Of a stretch of 62,091 bases of DNA, positions 9,739 to 18,708 are shown in pieces (the stretch's first letter is position 1; every line of letters starts with the position of its first letter). The notes beneath the pieces are model-generated. The model had not been told where the DNA came from. It made no database searches and saw only the letters and a program-made list of their open reading frames with translations. The position numbers and the translations under genes are program-made. This DNA is from Candidatus Peribacteraceae bacterium (lineage in GTDB: Bacteria; Patescibacteriota; Gracilibacteria; Peribacterales; Peribacteraceae), in the NCBI GenBank assembly GCA_030750465.1, contig JASMHZ010000003.1, positions 1-62,091 on the forward strand. Direction: 5' to 3'.

Positions 9739-10683
9739 TCTTCCATAGTAACTTCGATACCATTCCACAAACTTAGGAACACCGACATCAATCATAGTCT
9801 GAGGATCAAAGTCGAGCTTATCTCTCGCATGAGAAATATCTGCTGAGGTAACACGTACGTCTCCCAGTTGCATACCTGTAAAATTCTTTTCAGCTTCTTT
9901 TCCGCAAGCTTTTTCTATGGTTGAAATGTATTCCATCAGCTCCTCCTTTCTCCCACATCCGAGGTTGAAGATTTCTTCGTCATAATTCTTATCAATTGAT
10001 GCGATTACTCCGGAAACAATATCGTCAATATACGTGAAGTCTCTTTGCATCTTACCTTCGCCGAATACATCGATGGGTCTGTCATTCAAAATAGCATCAG
10101 TGAATAAGAAAAGCGCCATATCTGGCCTTCCCCATTCACCATAAACTGTAAAAAACCTGAGGCCCGTTACAGGAATTCCGTAAAGATGGTTATATGTGTG
10201 AGCCATCAGCTCATTGTCCTTCTTTGTCATTCCATATAACGAAAGTTGATTGTCCGCTTTGTCATCTTCTTGCGAAGGAACTTTCTCATTTCCTCCGTAA
10301 ACTGAGCTTGAAGATGCATAAGTTAGTCCTGCAATCTCCTGCTGTTTAACTTCATCAAGAATTTCAAAGAATCCCTGAATATTATTCGAAATGTATTCTT
10401 CCGGATGCTCGAACGAATACCTGACGCCCGCGAGAGCTGCCAAATGGCATACTCTATCAACTCCTTTCATTGCTTCTCTCACAGTTTCGCGATCAGTTAC
10501 ATCTCCACGGATCATTTTAAACCCAGGCTTTCCATCCAATTGAGCGGCTCTGGCCTCCTTTAGTTTAGGATCATAATAAGGACTGAAATTATCAAGGCCG
10601 ATAACTTCATCTCCGCGCTCGAGCAAAGCCTTGGCGGTGTGGAAGCCGATGAATCCGGCAGCACCGGTGAGTAGTATTCTCAT
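9733..10683 (-). CDS. UDP-glucuronate 4-epimerase-like SDR
   Basis: TGAAGFIGFH, HLAALAGVRYS, YASSSSVYG, YGMTKK, LRFFTVYGEWGRPDMA. Confidence 0.9.
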   Translation of the reverse strand: MRILLTGAAGFIGFHTAKALLERGDEVIGLDNFSPYYDPKLKEARAAQLDGKPGFKMIRGDVTDRETVREAMKGVDRVCHLAALAGVRYSFEHPEEYISNNIQGFFEILDEVKQQEIAGLTYASSSSVYGGNEKVPSQEDDKADNQLSLYGMTKKDNELMAHTYNHLYGIPVTGLRFFTVYGEWGRPDMALFLFTDAILNDRPIDVFGEGKMQRDFTYIDDIVSGVIASIDKNYDEEIFNLGCGRKEELMEYISTIEKACGKEAEKNFTGMQLGDVRVTSADISHARDKLDFDPQTMIDVGVPKFVEWYRSYYGRN

Positions 10684-10684
10684 T

Positions 10685-10775
10685 GTTTTTAGTTTATTGG
10701 TTTTTAGTTTTTAGTTACATAGATTTTCATAGTTTTTTATAGAGAACCAAAAACCAGAAACCAAAAACCAGTAAA
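10685..10775. repeat. Inverted heptamer array (TTTTTAG/TTTTTGG vs AAAACCA)
   Basis: tgtttttagtttattggtttttagtttttag...aaccaaaaaccagaaaccaaaaacca. Confidence 0.65.
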
Positions 10776-12086
10776 CTATCCAATACCTATTCCGTGATAC
10801 TCAAGCCCGACTTCACGTACTTCATCTGGCTCATATATATTTCTACCATCAAACAAATCATTGCCACGCATACATTGCTTTAATTGAACCAGATCTATTC
10901 CTCTAAACTCATCCCATTCGGTTAGAACCACTACAGAGTCGGCATCTTTAACTGCTTCAAGCGCATCTTTGCAGAAAGTGACCTGAGCTGGCAGGAGAGG
11001 CTTGGCTACTTCCATTGCAGCGGGATCAAATACTTTTACATTGTGACCTTTTTCAATCAACTCTGGAATTAGATCCAAGCTGGGGGCTGCGCGCATGTCA
11101 TCAGTCTTTGGTTTGAACGAAAGTCCAAGAATTCCGACGTTGGCGTTGGCAGGAAGAAGATCAGTAATTTGCTTAAAGAATCTTTTTCTTTGTCTTGCAT
11201 TGATCTTGTCAGTCGCTTCGACAATATCCATTGGAATTCCAAGTTCAGAAGCAGTTGCAAGCAGAGCCTTAACGTCTTTTGGGAAACAGCTTCCGCCGTA
11301 TCCGATGCCGGCATGAAGAAATCGGGGGCCAATCCTTGTATCAAGTCCTACTCCTCGTGCAACATCTCTTATATTAGCGCCTGTCTTTTCAGTCAGCTCA
11401 GTAAGCATATTTATAAAGCTGATCTTGGTAGCCAAAAGGGAATTAGCAGCGTACTTAACAATCTCTGAACTTTCTCGATTCATAAAAACAAGAGGCTTAC
11501 CGACTCTTGTAATGGGCCTATATAGATCTTCCATAAGATCACGAGCCCATTCGTTGTGATTTATTCCTATAACTACACGGTCAGGCATGATTGTATCGCT
11601 TACCGCCATTCCTTCGCGCAAAAATTCAGGATTAGAGATAACGGGAACTTGAAAGTTCACACCACGCTCTTTTAGAATCTCTGAAATTTTTTCTTCGCAA
11701 AGCTTTCCTGTTCCAACTGGCACAGTCGACTTGTTTACAAAAACAATGTCGTGGTCAGCGTGTCTTGCCACAGTCTCGGCTACTGTAAAAACAGCCCTAA
11801 GGTCAGCCTTGTATCCTTCACCGGGAGGAGTTGCGACAGCGGAAAAGACGATTTTAACGTTTGGCAAAACTTCAGTCAGGTCAGTTGTAAAACTAAGCCT
11901 TCCATTCCTTAAGCCTTCTTGAAGAATCTCCTGAAGGCCAGGTTCGTAAATTGGGCTCTCTCCCTTCTTGCATTTTTTGATTTTCTCTTCGTCAATATCT
12001 ACTCCATACACTTCATGCCCCAATTCCGCGAAACATGCGGCGGAAACAAGGCCGACATAGCCGGTGCCAATAACTGCTATTTTCAT
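10776..12086 (-). CDS. ugd: UDP-glucose 6-dehydrogenase
   Basis: GTGYVGL, KSTVPVGT, NPEFLREG, KYAAN, GYGGSCFPKD, FKPKTDDMR, DGRN. Confidence 0.92.
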   Translation of the reverse strand: MKIAVIGTGYVGLVSAACFAELGHEVYGVDIDEEKIKKCKKGESPIYEPGLQEILQEGLRNGRLSFTTDLTEVLPNVKIVFSAVATPPGEGYKADLRAVFTVAETVARHADHDIVFVNKSTVPVGTGKLCEEKISEILKERGVNFQVPVISNPEFLREGMAVSDTIMPDRVVIGINHNEWARDLMEDLYRPITRVGKPLVFMNRESSEIVKYAANSLLATKISFINMLTELTEKTGANIRDVARGVGLDTRIGPRFLHAGIGYGGSCFPKDVKALLATASELGIPMDIVEATDKINARQRKRFFKQITDLLPANANVGILGLSFKPKTDDMRAAPSLDLIPELIEKGHNVKVFDPAAMEVAKPLLPAQVTFCKDALEAVKDADSVVVLTEWDEFRGIDLVQLKQCMRGNDLFDGRNIYEPDEVREVGLEYHGIGIG

Positions 12087-12149
12087 AGAAGCGTAGTCTA
12101 TATTAAAGACGACCTAATACTAGAAAAATTACAAAGTAAATTGGGCTTT

Positions 12150-12247
12150 AATTGACAATGAACAATGGACAATTGACAATTCTAAAGAATCACCAAGCTA
12201 GTTGTTCGCTTGCGTAATTGTTAATTGTCCATTGTCAATTGTTAATT
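12150..12247. repeat. Family A palindromic heptamer element, copy 2
   Basis: Same arms; core ttctaaagaatc...gttgttcgcttgcgt. Confidence 0.85.
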
Positions 12248-12267
12248 TTTACTAGATTCTACATACC

Positions 12268-13203
12268 ATGAATAAGATTCTAGTTACCGGCTCTGTTGCC
12301 TACGATGTACTCCTCGGCTACGACGGCGAATTTGCAGATACAATTGATCCTCAGGCGCTTGAAGCACTCTCAGTTTCCTATTTCTCTCCGCATTACGCGC
12401 GCCACTTTGGAGGAACGGGAGCGAATATTGCATGGGGATTGAAGCTATTGGGTCAGGAGCCGATTCTGGTCAGTTCAGTCGGGCATGATGGGGATGATTA
12501 TTTAGAGAAGCTCGGATCAAAAAACATTTCAACCGATCACATTAAGAAAGTTTCTGATCATGTGACTGCAACTGCCATTATTAATACCGATAGCTCCGAA
12601 CATCAAATTGCATTCTTTCATCCCGGTGCCGATTCACATGGGCAATGGCCAAATGATCTCAGTCCATCAGAAATTTCTTACGCCATCATCGGTGCACGCG
12701 ATACGACAGCAATGGTTCAGGGTATGGAGTGGTGTTCGGAAAATAATGTTAAGACTTTTTTTGATCCCGGACAGCAGACAATCGCCTTTGGCGATGATGC
12801 ATTCGAGAGGATGGTTCACATGAGCGCAGGAATTATAGTTAATGAATATGAGTGGGAGGTTACGCAGAAGAAGTTAGGGTGTGATGCAAATGGAGTTCTT
12901 AAGATTTTAAGTCAGGTAGGTCAGGTAGGTGGATTTATTATTGTTACACTTGGAGACAAAGGATGCTTGTTGATAACTCACGATGGATCTGAATTGGTTC
13001 CAGCTGTGAAATCCAAAAAAGTGATTAATCCGACTGGAGCAGGGGACGGTTTTAGAGCGGGATTTCTTGCGGGGCTTAATGAAGGTCAGGATCTGATCTC
13101 GGCGTGTAAAAAAGGATGTGAGATGGGAAAGAGGGCAGTGGAACAGGAGGGGACGTTGTTGGAGGATATTGATAGGCCTCACAAAATTGACAATGAACAA
13201 TGA
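12268..13203 (+). CDS. PfkB-family carbohydrate kinase, adenosine kinase-like
   Basis: GSVAYD, FGGTGANIA, FFHPGA, FDPGQQ, NPTGAGDGFRAGF; adjacent to ahcY. Confidence 0.85.
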   Translation: MNKILVTGSVAYDVLLGYDGEFADTIDPQALEALSVSYFSPHYARHFGGTGANIAWGLKLLGQEPILVSSVGHDGDDYLEKLGSKNISTDHIKKVSDHVTATAIINTDSSEHQIAFFHPGADSHGQWPNDLSPSEISYAIIGARDTTAMVQGMEWCSENNVKTFFDPGQQTIAFGDDAFERMVHMSAGIIVNEYEWEVTQKKLGCDANGVLKILSQVGQVGGFIIVTLGDKGCLLITHDGSELVPAVKSKKVINPTGAGDGFRAGFLAGLNEGQDLISACKKGCEMGKRAVEQEGTLLEDIDRPHKIDNEQ

Positions 13204-13281
13204 ACAATTGACAATGCGCAAGCGAGAACAAATCTTGATTCTCTTTAGAATTGTCAATTGTCCATTTTCAATTGTCCATTA
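13185..13281. repeat. Family A palindromic heptamer element, copy 3 (inverted)
   Basis: Core gcgcaagcgagaacaa...ttctctttagaa is the reverse complement of copies 1 and 4. Confidence 0.85.
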
Positions 13282-13321
13282 AAAACGCTCAGAACTGCAA
13301 TATTTAGCACCAAAACGCCCA

Positions 13322-13350
13322 TTGAAATCTAAGGTAAAGTTTGCTATACT
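13322..13350 (+). promoter_or_regulatory. Sigma70-type promoter
   Basis: TTGAAA-17 nt-TATACT with TGn extended -10. Confidence 0.6.
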
Positions 13351-13396
13351 ATATATGTCATTGGTTTTATAGAGCTTGCTCTATTTTACTTCTGAT

Positions 13397-13445
13397 CAAA
13401 ACAAACACCGTCTTCCGATTATATTGGTTGGCGGTTTTGTTTTAA
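13397..13445 (+). terminator. Intrinsic terminator-like hairpin upstream of ahcY
   Basis: aaaacaaacaccgtc...ggcggttttgtttt imperfect stem with a U-rich tail. Confidence 0.45.
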
Positions 13446-13460
13446 TACGACAGTTTTTTA

Positions 13461-13540
13461 TAAGGGTACAAAGGAATTAAAGGGTTCAAAAGAGTCAAAA
13501 GATTCCTTTGTCTCTTTTGTCTCCTTTATACCCTTTTAGT
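13461..13540. repeat. Inverted nonamer array (AAAGGGTTC/AAAGAGTCA vs reverse complement)
   Basis: Purine-rich 9-mers followed by complementary pyrimidine-rich 9-mers. Confidence 0.65.
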
Positions 13541-13587
13541 CGTGATAATTATTGCTCAAACCCAATATTCTGTTAGTCTATCGCTCC

Positions 13588-14841
13588 ATGTCCTACGTAA
13601 CAGACTCATCTTTGGCGGATCAAGGCAGACTCAATCTAGAGATCGCGGAGAAACGCATGGGTGCCTTAATGAAAGTCAGGGATCGACTAAGCAAGGAGAA
13701 GCCTTTCAAAGGTCTGACCATTGGTCTTGCTCTTCATGTAACTAAAGAGACTGGCGTTTTGATCAGAACTCTTAGAGACGGTGGAGCTAAAGTAGCAATT
13801 ACAGGATGTAATCCTTTAAGTACACAGGATGATGTTGCGGCTGCTCTTGCCGAAGAGGATGGGGTTCTGGTTTGGGCATATAAAGGAGAGAGCAAGGAGG
13901 ATTATTACAAGTTCCTAAATGCTGTTATTGATACGGAACCTAATATCACAATTGATGACGGATGCGATCTGGTCACAGAAATCCACACAAAGCATCCGGG
14001 TCTTATTCCAAATATAATTGGAGGATGCGAAGAGACAACAACCGGAATCATCAGACTTAGAGCTATGGAGGAAGAAGGAGTGCTCAAGTACCCGATGATC
14101 GCAGTCAACGACAACAAGACAAAGCATCTGTTTGATAACTATTACGGAACAGGCCAATCAACAATGGATGGCATCCTCAGATCAACAAACATTCTTTTCG
14201 CAGGAAAGACTGTGGTAGTCGGGGGTTATGGAAGCTGTGGAAAGGGATGCGCGCTCAGAGCTAAAGGTTTGGGAGCTAATGTAATTGTTACCGAAGTCAA
14301 TGCGTTCAATGCGCTTCAGGCCGCGACCGACGGATACAGAGTTATGCCAATGAGCGAAGCCGCTGAACTTGGTGACATCTTTATAACAGTTACAGGCAAC
14401 AAGCACATCTTCAGAATGGAGCACTTCGAAAAAATGAAGGACGGTGCGATACTGGCAAACTCTGGCCACTTCGATAACGAGATTGATATGGAAGCGTTAG
14501 AAAGAAATGCAAAGCGCAAGCGCAGAGTCAGACATTACTTAGATGAGTATCTTATGAAGTCAGGCAGAGTTATTTATGTTGCGGGGGAAGGAAGGCTTGT
14601 AAATCTAGCTTCTGCAGAAGGCCATCCTTCGGAAGTAATGAGCCTGAGTTTCTGCGGACAGACTTTGGCTTGCGAATACTTAGTCAAAAATAAAGGGAAG
14701 CTAGAATCGGAAGTGATTACTTTGCCTGCGGAGATTGATGACGAGATTGCGAGGATGCAACTTGATGCAATCGGCATTAAGTATGATGAAATGACGCCCG
14801 AGCAGGTTGCTTATCAGAATGAGTGGAGAGAGGGGACCTGA
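13588..14841 (+). CDS. ahcY: Adenosylhomocysteinase (SAH hydrolase)
   Basis: LHVTKET, CNPLSTQD, DDGCDL, EETTTG, KHLFDNYYGTGQS, GHFDNEID, EGRLVNL, GHP. Confidence 0.97.
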   Translation: MSYVTDSSLADQGRLNLEIAEKRMGALMKVRDRLSKEKPFKGLTIGLALHVTKETGVLIRTLRDGGAKVAITGCNPLSTQDDVAAALAEEDGVLVWAYKGESKEDYYKFLNAVIDTEPNITIDDGCDLVTEIHTKHPGLIPNIIGGCEETTTGIIRLRAMEEEGVLKYPMIAVNDNKTKHLFDNYYGTGQSTMDGILRSTNILFAGKTVVVGGYGSCGKGCALRAKGLGANVIVTEVNAFNALQAATDGYRVMPMSEAAELGDIFITVTGNKHIFRMEHFEKMKDGAILANSGHFDNEIDMEALERNAKRKRRVRHYLDEYLMKSGRVIYVAGEGRLVNLASAEGHPSEVMSLSFCGQTLACEYLVKNKGKLESEVITLPAEIDDEIARMQLDAIGIKYDEMTPEQVAYQNEWREGT

Positions 14842-14914
14842 CCCACCTGCTTGCCGACCTCATCCCCCGGCCCCTTCTCCTACCTACCCGCTTGCCTACA
14901 AGGAGAAGGGGAGC

Positions 14915-15286
14915 TTATGATGTTGGAGTTATTGAATGTTCGACTTTCTTGAGTACAGATTCCAAATCACTATTTACCTCTTCATTTGTAATGCGAAGGA
15001 TTTTGAATCCATGATCTCTTAAATATTTATCTCTATGTACATCATGTTCTTTGCGTTTTTCATGAATTAATCCGTCTATCTCGATTATTAAATTGTGTCT
15101 CCAGCACAAAAAATCAGCTATGTAGGGTCCGATGTTAACTTGTCGTCTGAACTTAGTATCACTAAAGTTTCTATTCCTGAGCTCTTTCCACAAGATTTTT
15201 TCTTCCGGTGTCATCTTTCGCCTCAGTTTTTTCGTAAATTTACACTTACGTTTTTTATAAAACCGATATTTAGATTCTTCATCCAT
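14915..15286 (-). CDS. DUF559 (Vsr-like PD-(D/E)xK) endonuclease-family protein
   Basis: LRRKMTPEEKILWKELR...KFRRQVNIGPYIADF...IIEIDG...H...D..RDKYL...ILRITNEEV; start moved to ATG 15286. Confidence 0.88.
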   Translation of the reverse strand: MDEESKYRFYKKRKCKFTKKLRRKMTPEEKILWKELRNRNFSDTKFRRQVNIGPYIADFLCWRHNLIIEIDGLIHEKRKEHDVHRDKYLRDHGFKILRITNEEVNSDLESVLKKVEHSITPTS

Positions 15287-15319
15287 AGGACTCCAAATCC
15301 TATCCCCCCCTCTCCTGGT

Positions 15320-15568
15320 AGGCAAGCCACGGCAGTCGCGACAATCGTTTTGATGCGACAGCATGTCGAGTGTGAAGAGATGCCGGGCGATGGAAGACGC
15401 TACGCGTCCAGTTGCCACTTACCTGATCATGTCTCTGCTCGCTATTTGCAAGCCGTGGCCATTTGTCGGGCCGCGCACATCGACATGCGAAAGGTCGTAG
15501 ACCTCCATCGAACCGGACACGACGTCCTGGCCATTCTTAGTGACAAGAGGAGAAGGCGTTACGCTTAG
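15320..15568 (+). pseudogene. GC-richer 3' gene remnant or small ORF of unknown function
   Basis: Open frame ending ...LAILSDKRRRRYA*, followed by a long GC hairpin at 15571-15627; 5' end abuts a half repeat. Confidence 0.35.
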
Positions 15569-15745
15569 CTGACGAAGGCCTTAGGGGTCGCCCGCCGTTT
15601 TCGGTGGGCGCCCCCGGGCCGTTCGTTAAAAGAAGATAGATCAGTTTTTATCCTCCACCCCCCAGCCCCTCCTCCATAGGAGGAGGGGAGTTCCCCCTCT
15701 CTTTTGGAGAGGGGGTTAGGGGGAGATGTGGGGTATAATGATTAC

Positions 15746-16696
15746 ATGGAGAACAATAGAGTCATTGCTGGTTTACTCAGTCAGATTGCAGCTTTGTTAC
15801 AAGAGCAGGGAGTCGATTTTAAGCCCGCTGCATATAGGCGTGCGGCTCAGGTTATCGAGGAATTAGACAAAGATGTTTCCGAGATCGGAGACGAGAAAGA
15901 ACTTAAGAAGCTGCCGGGAATAGGAGATGCAATTGCCGGCAAGATTGTTGAGTATTTAGAAACCGGTAAGATGACAGCTTTGGAGGATATGCGAATCACT
16001 CAGGATAATATTCCAGCTGAACTTATGGACATAGAAGGTCTCGGGCCTGCGCGCGTACGTCAAATACAATCAGAGTTTGGAGTTAAGACAGTTGCTGATC
16101 TGATTAAAGTTGCGGAAGAGGGGAAGCTGAGGTCTTTGCCCCGTTTTTCTGAACTTATGGAAAAGAAAGTTCTTGAAAATGCGAAGAGAGTTAAAGAAAG
16201 AATAAAAAGATTTCCGCGGGCAGAGATTAAGAATGATGTTGACAAGCTCCTTAAAAAAATAAAAGATCTAAAAGGAGTTGATCAGGTTGAGGTTGCGGGG
16301 TCATTTAGGCGAGAGAAAGAAACGGTGGGGGACATAGACATATTAGTTGTAACTTCAAAACCAAAAGAAGTTTCTGATGCTGTGGCTGAGCTAAAGGACG
16401 TCAGAAATGTTGTAGCCCATGGTGATAAGAAGCTTTCATTTGATTTAAAATCAGGATTACGTGTCGACGTGCGATTTGTGCGCAAAGATCAATGGGGTGT
16501 GGCACTTCTTTACTTCACAGGATCCAAAGAGCACAACATTGCGATGAGGAAAGTTGCGATTAAGAAAGGTTGGAAGCTAAATGAATATGGGCTTTTCAAA
16601 GGAGATGCTGTGATTGCAAGTAAGACGGAAGAGGAGATCTATAAGAAATTAGAATTAGATTATTGTGAGCCTAGGAACAGGGTAGGAAAGCTTTAA
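15746..16696 (+). CDS. polX: DNA polymerase X family protein lacking the C-terminal PHP domain
   Basis: AYRRAA, HhH LPGIG and IEGLGP, AGSFRR, GDIDIL, VDVR, YFTGSKEHN, LNEYGL. Confidence 0.9.
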   Translation: MENNRVIAGLLSQIAALLQEQGVDFKPAAYRRAAQVIEELDKDVSEIGDEKELKKLPGIGDAIAGKIVEYLETGKMTALEDMRITQDNIPAELMDIEGLGPARVRQIQSEFGVKTVADLIKVAEEGKLRSLPRFSELMEKKVLENAKRVKERIKRFPRAEIKNDVDKLLKKIKDLKGVDQVEVAGSFRREKETVGDIDILVVTSKPKEVSDAVAELKDVRNVVAHGDKKLSFDLKSGLRVDVRFVRKDQWGVALLYFTGSKEHNIAMRKVAIKKGWKLNEYGLFKGDAVIASKTEEEIYKKLELDYCEPRNRVGKL

Positions 16697-16702
16697 AAGT
16701 GT

Positions 16703-16731
16703 TTGATAGTTAATATTCTTTGTTATATAAC
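16703..16731 (+). promoter_or_regulatory. Sigma70-type promoter of the small basic ORF
   Basis: TTGATA-17 nt-TATAAC. Confidence 0.55.
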
Positions 16732-16777
16732 ATATTTGTCTCTGTCTTCATTAGAAACACCCAAAAGGAGGTGACAT

Positions 16778-16900
16778 ATGTCGGGTACTCGCCGGCACAA
16801 CAAGCGAAGAAGACGCAATTGCTCGAAACCCCGGTCTCCCTGGAGAAGAAAGCCGAATGTTCTCCGGCAGAAGTCCGGAGGCGGAAGACAACCATGCTAA
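16778..16900 (+). CDS. 40-aa Arg-rich peptide (MSGTRRHNKRRRRNCSKPRSPWRRKPNVLRQKSGGGRQPC), not in the ORF track
   Basis: Strong SD AAGGAGGTGA just upstream, own promoter and downstream terminator. Confidence 0.55.
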   Translation: MSGTRRHNKRRRRNCSKPRSPWRRKPNVLRQKSGGGRQPC

Positions 16901-16925
16901 ACTGACCAATTGGTTCAGTACGGCG

Positions 16926-16962
16926 AACGGCTCCGACCGACTTAGGGGCCGTTTTTTCTTTT
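16926..16962 (+). terminator. Intrinsic terminator
   Basis: aacggctcc...ggggccgtt stem followed by ttttctttt. Confidence 0.65.
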
Positions 16963-16994
16963 CATAAACTCAATTCATTTGTAAAGTTATCTGT

Positions 16995-17085
16995 GGAGAG
17001 ATCGCATAGTTGGTCTAGTGCGCCCGCTTGGAGTGCGGGTAGGCCCGCAAGGGTCTCGGGGGTTCGAATCCCCCTCTCTCCGCCA
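16995..17085 (+). tRNA. tRNA-Ser(GGA)
   Basis: GGAGAGA/TCTCTCC acceptor, anticodon arm cccgc-ttGGAgt-gcggg, long variable arm, GGTTCGAATCC, encoded CCA. Confidence 0.95.
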
Positions 17086-17492
17086 AGCATTACACTAATG
17101 GCACCACGAATGGTTTCGCTATGGAGAGTGGACTTTGGATCTTTTCGCTTATTAAGTCCTGTTTAAGCCTTAACATGCTTCAAAGGGTACTAATCCTGCT
17201 TACCTATGATTGCAGGGCACTAAGGGCGACTCGGGGTAGTTTGTACTTGTTGCCGCAAGTGAGTTGTATCCTCTCTGTAGCTCCTATAAGTAAATTTGGG
17301 TCACTGAAGTTTACGATCGCTACTCTAAATCGAATCAAACCTCCGTAAACTCATCAAGTGTCTTGCAGCTTCTTCGTTATTCATCTCGGAAGAAAGTTCC
17401 CGAAGTTTTCGCTGCGCGGCTACAGCCGAAGCCGACCAGGGAAGAGCGCCAGTAGTCGTCAGGATAGGCGGTAGTGTCAATCAAGACGAGCC

Positions 17493-18053
17493 TTATTCTG
17501 CCCCCTGTACACGGCGTAGCGGCTCCGGATCCGGTGCAGATTCTAGGGCTGCAATCATATCTGGTACCGATTTATCACGGTTCGCTTTTACCCACTCAGT
17601 AGCGGCAAACAGCCAATCTGGCACCTGAAAGCTGGGCGGGTTACCAACCGCATCAATTGACGTTGTAGCCTGCTCTTTAAGTGCTCTATCTGTTCCCTTT
17701 TCAAAGCCGAGCATATTTTTGGCTGCCGTACGCATCTCAGCAGTAATAGCATCCGTACCTTCTTCTGTAATACGTTCTAATTCTGGCTTGTTTGCCTGCA
17801 TGTACAAAACGCGAACAGGTGTGAAGTCGCCACTTTGCAAGCAGGCTGCCAAGGTTTGTAGATATTTATCTCGGCTCACCCCCTGAGCAATAGTTGCCAT
17901 CATGTTGCTGGCAACATTCATGGTTTGCATTGGCGTAGTGCTAGAAAGCACTGTAAATACATCTTTATTAGCCAATATATCGGCTTTGTACGGCATAAGG
18001 TCAGCAATGTCTGCTGTCTCTGGTGTGCCTTGGTCTGATTCAAATTTAATCAT
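17493..18053 (-). CDS. Hypothetical protein
   Basis: 186-aa ORF with ATG and protein-like composition; no motif recognised. Confidence 0.6.
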   Translation of the reverse strand: MIKFESDQGTPETADIADLMPYKADILANKDVFTVLSSTTPMQTMNVASNMMATIAQGVSRDKYLQTLAACLQSGDFTPVRVLYMQANKPELERITEEGTDAITAEMRTAAKNMLGFEKGTDRALKEQATTSIDAVGNPPSFQVPDWLFAATEWVKANRDKSVPDMIAALESAPDPEPLRRVQGAE

Positions 18054-18064
18054 AATAACGGGGG

Positions 18065-18300
18065 TTAAGCTGCGTTTCTAAGAGTACCACGACCTTGGTC
18101 ACGAAGTTGTTTAAGAAGTGCCTTAGCGTCATCAAGTTTGCCTGAGACAGAAAGTTGACCAATTTCTTCAAACACCTCACTGGCAGTTTGTGTAATTGAT
18201 CCACGCCTTGGGGCAACTCGGGTTAAGGTATAAGTGTCATCAAATTTTCGAGCCACAGTGTTTATGACGTTGTTAAAGTCGTCAATGACGGTTACGCCTG
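18065..18300 (-). pseudogene. 3' remnant of a hypothetical gene
   Basis: Helical-looking C-terminus ending 11 nt before the next ATG; the upstream part of the listed ORF is the antisense of a plus-strand frame. Confidence 0.4.
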
Positions 18301-18682
18301 CAAGGGCTGGCAGACTGGTTACGAAGGCGGCAAACGCTTTGTTGTAACTCGGGAAGCCAACTCGTTCGCAGTCGAACACCAAGACGACCCAACAGCTCTG
18401 GGGACTATCGTCATCGCGGTTTTCCGCGGTGAGCGACCCAAGTCGGTCCCGTCGCAAAAGCGTGGAGGAAAGGGTATTGGCACTGGCGTTGGCGAGGATT
18501 TCGACAATCTGCTTGCGGATTCAGATTTCCAAACCAGGCCTTATGCCTACTCACTCTATTACTTCCGCTACGCGACGCACAGACAGTTGGTCGAATGGGG
18601 AGTCAAACCCAAACATTCGGTGGCCGCTTCCGGCAACCGTCTGTTCCCGGGCGACAATCCATTCATCAGCCTCAACAAATGA
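18300..18682 (+). pseudogene. Start-less 3' fragment of a conserved-hypothetical-type gene, not in the ORF track
   Basis: Stop-free frame 18227-18682: GWQTG...RFVVTREANSFA...LGTIVIAVFRGE...GIGTGVGE...YFRYATHRQLVEWGV...LFPG; terminator directly downstream. Confidence 0.6.
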
Positions 18683-18708
18683 CACCCCATTCCGAAAATC
18701 AGGAAAAA

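Larger units (their letters stand above)
14856..15728. mobile_element. Candidate DUF559-associated element 1 bounded by C-rich/G-rich inverted repeats
   Basis: Left gacctcatcccccggccccttctcc...ggagaagggg; right ccccctctc...gagagggggttagggggagat; encloses a DUF559 gene. Confidence 0.5.

Noticed and set aside
13350-13590. Canonical SAH or SAM riboswitch upstream of ahcY
   Set aside because: No consensus elements recognised; kept only as an unclassified candidate RNA.
15287-15418. N-terminal 44 aa of the listed 167-aa ORF, and similar extensions on polX, sufS, ftsX, the S41 protease and the PBP
   Set aside because: They are translations of repeats or intergenic DNA; paralog alignment or promoter position supports later starts.
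16720-16905. Listed 61-aa plus-strand ORF
   Set aside because: Its start lies inside the promoter; the SD-preceded frame at 16778 is better supported.
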